DNA from: Orbicella franksi
Taxonomy: Eukaryota
Direction: 5' to 3'
DNA: 64,000 bases
NCBI GenBank assembly: GCA_964199315.1
Contig: OZ116706.1
Span: 15,562,001 to 15,626,000, forward strand
Both the position numbers and the translations under genes were made by a program. Each line of letters starts with the position of its first letter. The first letter of the stretch is position 1. Shown here one piece after another: positions 10,855-21,700 of this stretch. The notes below the pieces were generated by a model. It made no database searches and was not told the origin of the DNA. It saw only the letters and a program-made list of their open reading frames with translations.

Positions 10855-11038
10855 TGGGTGTCGAAATTAAATACACTGTCGGCAGAAGCATCTCTCGCTG
10901 GTTTGAAGCCACTTCTGCAGTCATTTTTTGACCGATTTAAGATGTGTTTTTGGCTTGTGTCGTTGCATCAAGAAACGTTTATTAGAAGAACGTCAGAAAT
11001 TTAGGTAACTTTGTTTCGTGCACTGACTGAGCTTAATG

Positions 11039-11106
11039 ATTGGTTAATAAATTTCGCGCAATGCGCGCTAACCAATCGGCGTGACGTCGGTGTCTTCTCT
11101 GCCAAT
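11039..11106 (+). promoter_or_regulatory. Triple CCAAT-box module plus CRE-like TGACGTC upstream of GPCR4
   Basis: ATTGG 11039, CCAAT 11072, GTGACGTC 11081, CCAAT 11102; flanking words resemble the modules before GPCR1 and GPCR3. Confidence 0.55.
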
Positions 11107-11784
11107 GAAATACGAAATGATAGCTACCTATGTGTATTTCAGTTTTAATTCGTTAATTACTAAACACTGACAATATTTCCAAAACAAAGGAAAAGAGGAA
11201 CTACTTTAGAGAAGCAATGCTTGACAGAAATTTGCAGGTTTACCAGCGATTAGCATATGGCATAACTTTTGAATAAAACGCTTTTAATTACACGTTGTTA
11301 GTTCTCTCTTTAGTTTTGCAATAATAAGAAAATGTCCCTGCTTCTCCTCTTGTACATAACTGTTTCCTGTGAAGGCTTTTTTCCAACAAACCAACAAAGC
11401 CTTACGATTTTGATTCAGAAGTAGAATTAGAAAGATATTTTTCTCAAGACCAAAATTTGACAAACCTTCTGCCTGTTTAATAATCAGGTTTTCTTAATTC
11501 GTTGTTTTGTCAGTGAGTGCAGATGGTGTTATCACACGTCTAATATTATTGTTTTCATGCAATTTCGTTTATCTGATGAAAAATAAACTGCACTTTTTGC
11601 GGAAACAAATACAAAACTGCTTGCTTCCTTTCAAAGGTATTTTAGTCCTTCGCGTATGAACATCACGGCTCTGACGAACGAAATACTTTCACAAGGTGTA
11701 AAAAAGCCGGTAGGAACGTTAACTGTACTTGGGAAACGAGACGAGAAGTGAAAACGCCAGGTGTCTTGAACTTGAATTGTTATC

Positions 11785-12714
11785 ATGAATACAATATGTG
11801 AAGACTCGCTGCAGTATTTCCCCTCAAACCTGGAAATTGAGGACCTCCGTTCTACCTACATCGCTAACTGCGTCTTCAACAATTTTCTATGCTTTACCAC
11901 CATCTTGCTAAACATTGCAACAATGCACGCGATACGGAAAACGTCTTCGTTGCCAGCGACCTTAAAAACTTTGCTCCTCAGTCTCGCTGTTTCGGATGTT
12001 GGTGTGGGTTTACTAGTTCAGCCATTCTACACTTCACTTCTGGTCAACTGGTTACAGCACAACTCCCGCTGTAGCAACAAAGTGACGTTCCATAACATTT
12101 TGTGCTTGTTTTCTGTCGCTTCGTTCTCTGGTGTTGTCGCTGTGAGCGTAGACAGGTTCTTGGCAATTCATCTTCATCTCAGATACCAGGAACATGTGAC
12201 TCACAAGCGTGTTGTTGCTCTGGTAATCTCAATATGGCTGCTCAGTCTGTTTATTTCTTTGACCCCGATGTGGCTTCCATCCGAAATTTTCAATCCCGTT
12301 ATCGTTATTCTTGCAGTTGTTGGTCTCGTTTTTATTGCAATGGTCTACATCAGGATCTATTTAGCCGTACGTCACCACAACAGAGAAATCCACACTCTCC
12401 AAGTACAACACGGAACACAGACAGGCGAAAAGGCACATTTTGCTATCCTCGTTAAATCTGCTTTTGGTACATTTTATGTATACCTTTTGTTATTGATTTG
12501 TTATTTACCTCACTTAATCTGCATGGCTGTCATTGAAGTCTACGGTACGAGTATTGCTTTGAAAAAATTTTTTCTTCTCTCAATGACTCTTGTGTTTCTC
12601 AATTCAGTTTTGAACCCTGTAATTTACTGCTGGAAGATGAGACACATTCGGCGCGTTATCATCGACATAGGGCGAAACATGATTACTTGGCTCAGAAATC
12701 GCTCATCACACTAA
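11785..12714 (+). CDS. Intronless class A GPCR, divergent paralog 4
   Basis: 309 aa; LAVSD, DRF, CYLP, NPVIY; clearly more diverged from paralogs 1-3. Confidence 0.95.
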   Translation: MNTICEDSLQYFPSNLEIEDLRSTYIANCVFNNFLCFTTILLNIATMHAIRKTSSLPATLKTLLLSLAVSDVGVGLLVQPFYTSLLVNWLQHNSRCSNKVTFHNILCLFSVASFSGVVAVSVDRFLAIHLHLRYQEHVTHKRVVALVISIWLLSLFISLTPMWLPSEIFNPVIVILAVVGLVFIAMVYIRIYLAVRHHNREIHTLQVQHGTQTGEKAHFAILVKSAFGTFYVYLLLLICYLPHLICMAVIEVYGTSIALKKFFLLSMTLVFLNSVLNPVIYCWKMRHIRRVIIDIGRNMITWLRNRSSH

Positions 12715-13172
12715 GGACCCGTCCACCGACTACGACGGAGAAATTTGAAAAGGGAGGTTTCACTGTTAAAGCGCGTCAAATATTTTCCATCTACGCTACG
12801 CCGGAGGAATTTGAAAACGCAACAATCATCGGTCATTTTGGATTTGTGGTTGGGGAAAACGCGGACAGGGAAATCACGTGATTATCGTGACGCCATCGTT
12901 TTCGAAGAGCTCTGTTCTCAAAATGTTTTCCGCTACACTAAAACGCAAAGACGGCGTTTTCAAAATTCCTCAGGTTTAAAGAGCGTTTTCGAAAAGCTCC
13001 ATTTTCGTGACGGATTAGTGTGGACGGCAGGCTTAACCGTAGAAATAAAGCTGCGTTTTCAAATTCCTCCGATTTGAAGAGCGTTTCCGAAAAGCTCCGT
13101 TTAGTCTGGATTAGTCTGGACGGGAGATGAAGCTGCGTTTTCAAATTTCTCCGGTGTAGTGTGGACGGGGCC
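12715..13172. mobile_element. MITE with TAA target-site duplication (PIF/Harbinger-type signature)
   Basis: TIRs ggacccgtccac / gtggacggggcc, flanked by TAA at 12712-14 (the GPCR4 stop codon) and 13173-75. Confidence 0.85.
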
Positions 13173-13708
13173 TAACGGCATCAGTCGTAGGGCTGGCTAT
13201 GCTATACCCCATATATCATGATTCTCCAAACTCAATTTTATCGTTGTTGATAAACACTTTTTGTATATAACGAGCTAGGACTGCGCTTTGGTGTTTATGA
13301 GAACGACCAAAGCGTGCCATGTAAAAAACTACAATACTTAAGAAAGAATGCAAACTTACTGATATTTCATAATAGTTCATGCATGCCTTATACATTTAGT
13401 TGCATGGTAGTCTTATATACAAAGAAATAGCCAAAAACAGCGTATATTTGAAATAAATCTATGTAAAAAGTAGAGAAACTTAATTTGTATAAGGTGGTGT
13501 TTAAACTGAAGCTAGAAATTTGTGGAGGAGTTTCTACAGCTGTGTATATGAAAGAAATGTTACGTGCAAAAATTAAATGAAAATGTAGCGAAGTTACATT
13601 AGGTTTTATTATCAAAATACATGTAAGTTCTAACTACAGTGCTATGATACTGACATTGTGTTTTAATTCAGTACAAAGAAAACGGAAGTTGAAAAGCGGG
13701 TAGTTAAT

Positions 13709-14520
13709 GGTGTTTACCATTTACCCTCAAATTCCGGAAATTTCGATCAGAATGTAAATGGAAAGACAATTTTGGCTCGGCCGACCGGAACATTTAAGAA
13801 ATAAACAGAGTTGCGTCTTGAAAGGTACTCCACCCGAAATATCCGAATGGAAAATATGCTTCACCGCCATCTTGGAATTATGATCAGGTCGAACTCGTCC
13901 TAGTCTCTCTCGGTAAACTGGGTTTTTTGAGTGAATGGTAATTTTACAATAACTGTCTAATTTCTCGCGCGCTGATCGGCTCTTTTATTATCAATAAGAG
14001 TACAGACGGATAAAATTTTAATATATGCAAGCTTTCAAGTTCATCTGTCAACTTTTTAACCCATGAAGCTTCATGGACTTTTTTAAGTGGCCAATCAAAA
14101 AGCGAGAAAAGCCATTGACCATGTTCGCGTCATTTTGAATAAAATTCACTTATCTTTGTTTACGGCAATTGCAAGTCTATGGGCGCCTTTTCACCTCATT
14201 TATTCCCGGCATTTGACCATTCTGGGGTCTTGTTATTGTAAAAATCAACTTGACGTCAGTTTTTTATGCGTCTGTCCTCTTATTGATGATAAATTTCGTC
14301 ATAACATTGTCAAAGCTTACTGCGGCGGCTCGTGGTTCCACAGCCACTTTGACAATGTTATGACGCAATTTATCATCAATAAGTGGACAGACGCATAAAA
14401 AAACTTACGTCAATTCGTTAATTGGACAGTCCGAACGGAACTTACCATCAGGGAATTTTGCTTACCATTTGCACAGACGTTTGACGGTGACCGGTCTGTC
14501 CGTGTAAATAATAAACAACC
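13709..14520. mobile_element. Second ggttgtttacc-family MITE, interrupted by a nested element
   Basis: Reverse-complement homolog of 10518-10854, split by an insertion at 13942-14418 with TAA on both sides; the right part of the insert (about 14245-14418) is a long palindrome. Confidence 0.75.
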
Positions 14521-15080
14521 AATGATGTTTTTTTTTTTAGGATTTTGCACTATTTACATTTTTTTTACATCGTCACGTGCTCGTTTAGCATTTGAAGTTC
14601 AATGTTTTAGCCATTACAAGGGGCCTTCAAGTTCGTACTGATATTTTTTCCGAGTCTTTTTTAACCAAAGGTGACACAAACATAGAATCTTTCACAAATT
14701 CAAGAACAGTTCGACTGCAAGTTACTTGTTGATCGGAGTTGCCTAGGTCATTCCAAATTCCTAACTTTCCACCTTTCTAGGTTCCAATCTCCCGCATGCC
14801 ACGTACGATTCAAAATGGGACTGATTGAATTTTTTTTATCCGCACCCCTACCCCCGTGTAGGGCAACCTCTGGCACAGAGCCTGTCTGAAAATTGGAACA
14901 GGGTTGAACAGGCTGAACCCTGAGAACGAAGTTGAGGCAGATACAGCCACATACAATCATTACATTTCCAACCTCTCATTAGCAGACAACTTTCCTACAT
15001 GGACGCTTAAGCTGGTCTCCATTTCTGAAGCTGGACCCTTTTTTTCGATTTCAAGGGACCTTCGACTCTATTATTACTAT

Positions 15081-15450
15081 TAGGAGTTTAAGAAAACCAA
15101 GGCGGCAACGGCAACGGGAACGTCACTAAACAAAAGGTTTAATGAGGAGAACAATGGCTGTGCACGTGCGTTATAATTCTTGGTACATTTCTTTGCTGTC
15201 CTCTGCAAAACAACAAAGTGAAATGACCAAATTCTGCGCTGTTTGGAGAACGTGAACCACGACGGCTAATATATTAAATTTTTATGTCGAATTTATCGGT
15301 GTGTCCTAGACTCAGTTTCGTGATAGTTTTAACAGTAATAAACAAAGTAAATGACTTTAGAGCACCGCGATATTCGTAGGTAAAATATACAATCATTTTT
15401 TAATAGACGTTGTCCTCGCCGTCGCCGTCGAGGTTTCTTAAGCTCCCTAA
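15081..15450. mobile_element. MITE (taggg/agcttaag..cgacggc family)
   Basis: TIRs taggagtttaagaaaac / gtttcttaagctcccta with subterminal CGGCAA/GCCGTC repeats. Confidence 0.8.
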
Positions 15451-15480
15451 TGAAACAGAGGGTTTAATAGGAACTCTTAA

Positions 15481-15712
15481 AGGAGCTAGGTCACGGTTTT
15501 CGCTCTTGCAAAGTTTAGGCTAAATTTTTCAAGTTCATCGTTTGTAATCCGAGTCAATCTTCTCCATCCTTGCCCATCCTTGTTACTTCATGGTTTATTA
15601 TTATCTCTTTGGTGTTTCCCATCTTAGTAAACTACCATTTTCAGGCTTCCTTCAATTCAAAGATAATTTTGTACGTGGCCAAAATAACTCCAAAAACCGT
15701 GACTGAACTCCT
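15481..15712. mobile_element. TTAA-flanked MITE (AGG..CCT termini; Kolobok/piggyBac-type target)
   Basis: TTAA 15477-80 and 15713-16; an inverted homolog lies at 19415-19649. Confidence 0.8.
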
Positions 15713-15741
15713 TTAAAAGACATTATTTTTTCTGTACTTAC

Positions 15742-18700
15742 AAAAAATACAGAGCCACCACCACAGCCCGAGGGAACAGGGTTCACAAACAGACTCTTCT
15801 TGGCTACAAGGATCCCTGCAAATTGACAGCATATTGTATCTGCAACATTAGTCAGTTCCAGACTCTTCACCAGTCAGCCAGGACAATTAAACAAGCAGGC
15901 GAGCAATGGAAACATGGTCAGTGGGAATGATCGAGTCAAAGGTAGCCGATCCCCTCTCATTTTTCTTTCAGTTATATGCTTATTCAATAATTCAAAGCAC
16001 GTAACAGAAAAACAACGAAAAAAAATGATAAATCCCTACTGACCGAGACCCTGTCTCAGGCTTGAGTGGCACAGGCTACAGTAGTTACGTGAGGTACCAC
16101 CCCCCCCCCCCCCCCAGAGGTCTCCTGTAGCTCAGTGCCGGTGTGTGGAAGGTTACAGGTTCGACTACTGTTGGGAGAATTTGGATTTTTTCTGAGTAGC
16201 TAGTACCATGGCATGGGGGTCCTGGTAGCCTAGTGTTGTTGCCCTTGACTCTGAATAGAGCCGTCTGGGTTAAGCTACGGCGTCATTGCGCTGTGCTCGT
16301 GATAATTTACTGTCACAGTGTATAACTGGAAGAGAACGTTGCATATTAAACGGATGCCAGCAAAGAGAATTCTCTGGGTTATCCTGTGATGGTACATCAT
16401 AAAGTCAGCCTAGTGATCCATCAATCAAGCAGAAGGAGGAGGGAATCTCTGTCTCGCAGGGTATATGGAACCCAGCTTGATTGATGGATCACTAGGTTGA
16501 CTTTATGATGCACCACCAAATGAGGAATATTTTTGTCAAATTTCTACCAAACTTAACAAACAACAACTTTTCTTTTTCCATCTGACACGTTGTCAATTAC
16601 ACGAAAGGTCTGTTCACCTGGTGTTTCCACTCCTCCAACAAACTTGTGAGTTGAAATAAATATCGCATCTTTGTAGACAAGTCCCTGATCGTCACTATAG
16701 CAAACATAAAATGCACTTTAAGTTAATTTAATTTGTTTATAAGCAATCAAGTTGCTCAAAAGCATTTTAAGTCACGCTTGTTGTCATTACAACTCTCACT
16801 TGTTTTCATGCACGTAAAATACTAAAATCCAAGGCGGTATCCCATATGAAAAAATGTGCTCATTGTCTCGCTTAGGGGTATAAATCAAGGATTCTGGTCT
16901 CATTTAAGGCGTTCACAATGAAGTGCCACTATTTTAGATGTCAAAACTCTCATTTCCGTTTTTAGTTTCAATTTCTGCCATTCTCTCAAATCCATCTACA
17001 TGTACTAGTGCAGGCTCCCTTCCTGAACAGCAGCTGGTAATGGAGACTATTCCAATTTACGTGGTATCTTTAAGGGTCAAATAAAGCTTGAGCCACGCCC
17101 AAACTGGTCTTTTTTCGGGGGTTTAATTCAAATTTTCCAACGAGCATCGCCCGCCTTTTCATATGGAAGTCCACCCAGGACTAGAACACAAGAATCTGTT
17201 TAGTTTTCGAACAGCATCAAAGCTTAGTGTAAATTGTATCACTGTTTAGGTTTATCACTTGACCTGTTACAATACTAAGAAAGAAAAAAAGATAGGGATT
17301 TCAAGGAGCAAGGGTTAGGTGTTTTCCCCTTTGCATAACGTCCCCCCTGCTCTACGCTCACTTCACCCGTACACGGGACGGAAGCCAGAGTAAGAGAACA
17401 CGGGACGGGTGGCAGAGTGTTTTGTTTGTTGCTGTGACAAATTTTGTGGGTTTCAAAAGTTTGAGCAGTCACTAAAAACTACATGCTCTATCGGGGTTCG
17501 AAGTCAAATTTTCCTCATAAGGAATGCTACACTATTTCTGCCGTCTTCAAAATATAGAAGACTTTCGTTCACAAAGAAATTCGGCAGCAAAATGGAGCAC
17601 AAACTATTTGACGGTTAGCACATGTAAAATGTCACGTACAGAATCAAAGTGAAACCAGTGGATCAATTTCTTGAATCTTTGAATTCGGAGGTAATTTATG
17701 TTCTTCTTTGTGCGGTATTTTGATTATTAAAAAGTATTTCTGTCACACTGCCAATTAGCCAAGTATTCTGACTTGCATTTGATTTACAGCAGTGCAAAAT
17801 GACTTACAGTTTTGGTGACATAAGCCCGCACTTATATTTCATCTGCATCAGGTTTATGCAAATTTATATTTAGACAGATGTTGAAACTCGGTTCCTTGGC
17901 ATAGTCAAGAATTATATTCCGCAAAGTGGTTGATGAAACATCGTTTTATTAGCGAACAATGTGCCGTGAGGTTAATTCAGCCAACATGAAACAGCGAACA
18001 GTTTTACTTTTTTACAATATTAAATCGACCGGCTGGAATTGAATTCAGTGATAGTTCAATACGCTGGATGTATATAAATATCTTTCGTCTGACCTGTGTG
18101 AAGCTTAGAATATGACTGGAGAATTTCAAAGGTGTATTTGCCCGTACGTGTGTGGTTAGTGATGACCTTTCTTTCACTTCAGTTGAGATGGACAAAAATT
18201 ATTCGTTGACTGTACCCCGGTGGAAAAGTTTGTGTCACAGGTTGTCATGTGACCAGCTGCAACCAGGGTCTTTCTCCCAACGACCAAGAGAGGCAGAGGA
18301 GAGAGAGGCTGGGAACGAGGTTGTTGTTCTTAGGATATTTTTAGCTGTCAAAGTATCTTCTAGGGTGCACTCGAAGAAATAATAATAAAAAAGCGCTCTT
18401 GTTTCTATCTTTAGGCTCACTTTTATGGGCTCCTTTCCTGAACAGGGCTGGCAATCGAGCCTTGTCATTTGAAGTGTTATCTTTTAGAGGTAAAATACAG
18501 CTTGAGCCACACCCAGATTGGTCTCCTTTAAGGGTTTAATTCAAATTTTCTGGCAAGCATCTCCAAAATTTTTATATAGGTCTCCCATCCCCCGGGTATC
18601 CAGGAAGAAAAGTGAAACTTCACTGGCTGATGCTTATGATATGTCTTGAATGAGGGAATGAAATTTCCCTTCTGTGAGCTAAAACAATTCATGGGCCTCA

Positions 18701-21700
18701 TTGGACAGCATAAGTTCATTAAATGGATGGGTTAGCTTGCAATCTTGAAACAACTTGCTTGAAAAGTTATAGGACTGGTTTGATTCACACAAAACACTTG
18801 CCATAAGCTTGTTGCATATGGTTGTGCCATCTGCAGTAAATTGGCCTTTACAAGACTGTATTGAAGCCAGAAAATGGTCTGGAAGCTCTATATAATTATA
18901 TATATTCATCACTGCACATAGAACAGTTTTCAATTGAGTGTCATAAAACCAAAACCAAACCCAAACTAATTACTTACCAAATTAGACTACTCAGCCAATC
19001 TCAAACCATGGTAAAAGCAAAACCAAAACCAAAGTAGTTACCTGATAACTTTCGACACTCAATTGAAAACCGCTCAGGAAACCAATTACAAGTCATTAAA
19101 GCTCACCTGGTAACCAAAGGATTCATGTTTATGTCCACATAAGGTCCTACGTTGTTCATGGCAGAAAGAAAAGGGAGATAAAATGTATTCATGAACAAAT
19201 CTAATGATTTAACAAACATGATTTTGTATCACAACATGTGATATTATTAAATTGTTTGCTCAAAAATGTTCAAATTGCTGTTTACAATAGATATTTCAAA
19301 TAACATGATAAAAAATATAATAGAATTGATCACGAAAAATTTTCCAGCCTGACTGTACTTGTAAACTCTCCTTGTACAGAAGACTGTTCTTACTACATGT
19401 ACAAACTATATTAAAGGAGCTCAGTGACAATGTTTTGTCTTTTTTTTGGCCATGTACAAAATCTCCTTTAAATGGAAGGAAACCTGAAAATAATAGTTTA
19501 CTAAGATAGAAAAACATCAAAGGGATAATAATAAACTATAAAGGAACAAGGATGGTCAAGGATGGCGAAGATTGACACGGATTGCAAACGACGAATTTGA
19601 AAAATTTAGACTAAACTTTTCAAAATGTGCAAACCATGACTGAGCTCCTTTAAAAAATAACAATTGCTATACCTGCAGTGGCATAATCCCAGAAAGCCAA
19701 AGCCCCGTTTCTGTGCAGACAGGCAGTGACAGCATTGGTGTCTGTTAAAATACCTGTCACATTTGATGCTGCTGAAAAACAGCCAATCAGCTGTCTGCCT
19801 TTTGAAGAGTGAAACTAAAAATAGGAAAAATAAACAACATTAACTGTAACCCCATTAATCTGACCACTCACAGGCCACCGAAATCTAGTCGTACTGACTA
19901 GAATGGTCATATTTAATAGCCAAGGGTCTTGAGATGAAGAAAATGACAGACCAAGCATTTCAAGGGACCAAGCTGTTTTAAAACCAGAATGTTATTACAC
20001 AAGCAAAATAGTTCAGGAGGCCAATTACTAAAATCAGCCAATATTTAAAAATAGTAAATTGGACCAGGCACTGTTCCAAATGATCAAACATAGTTTTCTT
20101 GAAGTTTTGTGAATTATTTTCCTACAAACTTACTTCTGTGCAAGGGATTCTGTTTTTTCTTCAGTTAAAACTGGCTTTTGAACAACCCATCCCAGATGTG
20201 AGCAAACTGCAAGTCAGCTTTCAGTCAGAACAGGACACATGAAATATAAGATGTCTTTCTACTCCATGATCATGATATTCTCTCATTAACCAAGCTAACC
20301 TGCAAGCAGGCTCACCTTTGAGTTGTGCATGAGCGGTGAAGAGCAAAGCGACCTGGTGGGAAGGAGTCTTGTGAAGAGGTGCCAAGAAAGTGTACCTGCC
20401 TTGATCTCTGTATTTTTTCATTTCTGCTTCACCTGAGCGAAGTAAAATACCATTGGTCGAAATGTGGGAGAGGCGAGAAAACTGTCAATCTATTATGTTT
20501 GATGACGAGCGATTAGATCCCCATGGAGTTGGTAATTTACCACACATTCTCACAAGGAAAAATAAGTCATCCACATCGGGAGTCAGAGGAAGAGTTGAGT
20601 GCCCGTATTACTGATGTTTTAACAAAGTTCCAGTCTATTTCTGGTTAAATTTAAAACTAAAGAGGGAGCAGGAAATAGCAGTTGAAAGTATGTTAATGAA
20701 TCAAGGCGTACTTGCCGTGTTGCCGACTGCATATGGGAAGAGTTAAATAATACAAACGTATGTGATTGCAAGCAGGCAACGAAACAACATACATGAAGGC
20801 GTTTGCCCATCTACCAGCATCATCAAAGACCAGACCGCCAAAGCAAGATCACTTGGAATCAAGTGAATGTCCTTGCTAGACATAAACATTGACAGTTTTT
20901 CTTTGGCAAAACCTTATCAACAACATTTATTGCGTTTGCATGTTGTCATGAAATCCCAAGAAATCTGAGCTGCCAAAGTTCATACTTCCCGTGAAATTTA
21001 GTTGGCTTATTTTTCTGCGGTTTCTGGGGTGGAGATGAAAAATTTGCAGAGATCAGAGCAAGCTCACTTTCTCATCTTGCGGCTTCACTGCTTGATTTTG
21101 CGCTTGCGGCTATGCAGCACATGCTCATGCTCCAACCTGAGTCTGCTTGCAGGCTATAACCGAGCTTACTCAGGACTCTACTGGGAGCATTATAATATAT
21201 GCCCCTGGTCTTTTTTGTGTGAACGTCACTGCACCCTATCCATACTGTCAGGATCTTGGGGAAATAATCTCACAGTATAGCCTTGGCACTTGGCTAATAA
21301 GAGAAATATACACCATCACCCCGTGCCTTCGTGAAACAATCTGTCTAGAAAATCACCATGAATATTGCCTAGCATTACATGGACATGATATAAATGTTCA
21401 TGAAGAGGGTAAAATGCTTGCAAAGATGTGTGTTCTCGTGGCACTTTGTATGGATTTTTGCCTTCCTATGTTTACTTAATTGGTAATTAATGGTAATGAT
21501 TTTGTAGCAATAATGTGAAACAACAAGCAGACAATAATGTTTACAACACTTAAGTGGCCTCTGAAGTTTCATCATCATCATTATCATTTGGACAACAAAG
21601 CAAGCACCTTTAGTTTAGAATCCAAGTCTGGCAAGTCAACTGATCCACTTGGGTTTTGCTTGATCCATATAACCTAGAAGAAAAAAATATAATTGAAGGG

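Noticed and set aside
14600-15075. Possible exon 11 or terminal exon of the desulfurase-like gene
   Set aside because: An AG near 15068 opens only SRRSLEIEKK..LEM*, with a weak pyrimidine tract and no similarity to the expected continuation; other frames have stops.
16118-16200. tRNA-like sequence
   Set aside because: Truncated, degenerate SINE head with no complete cloverleaf.
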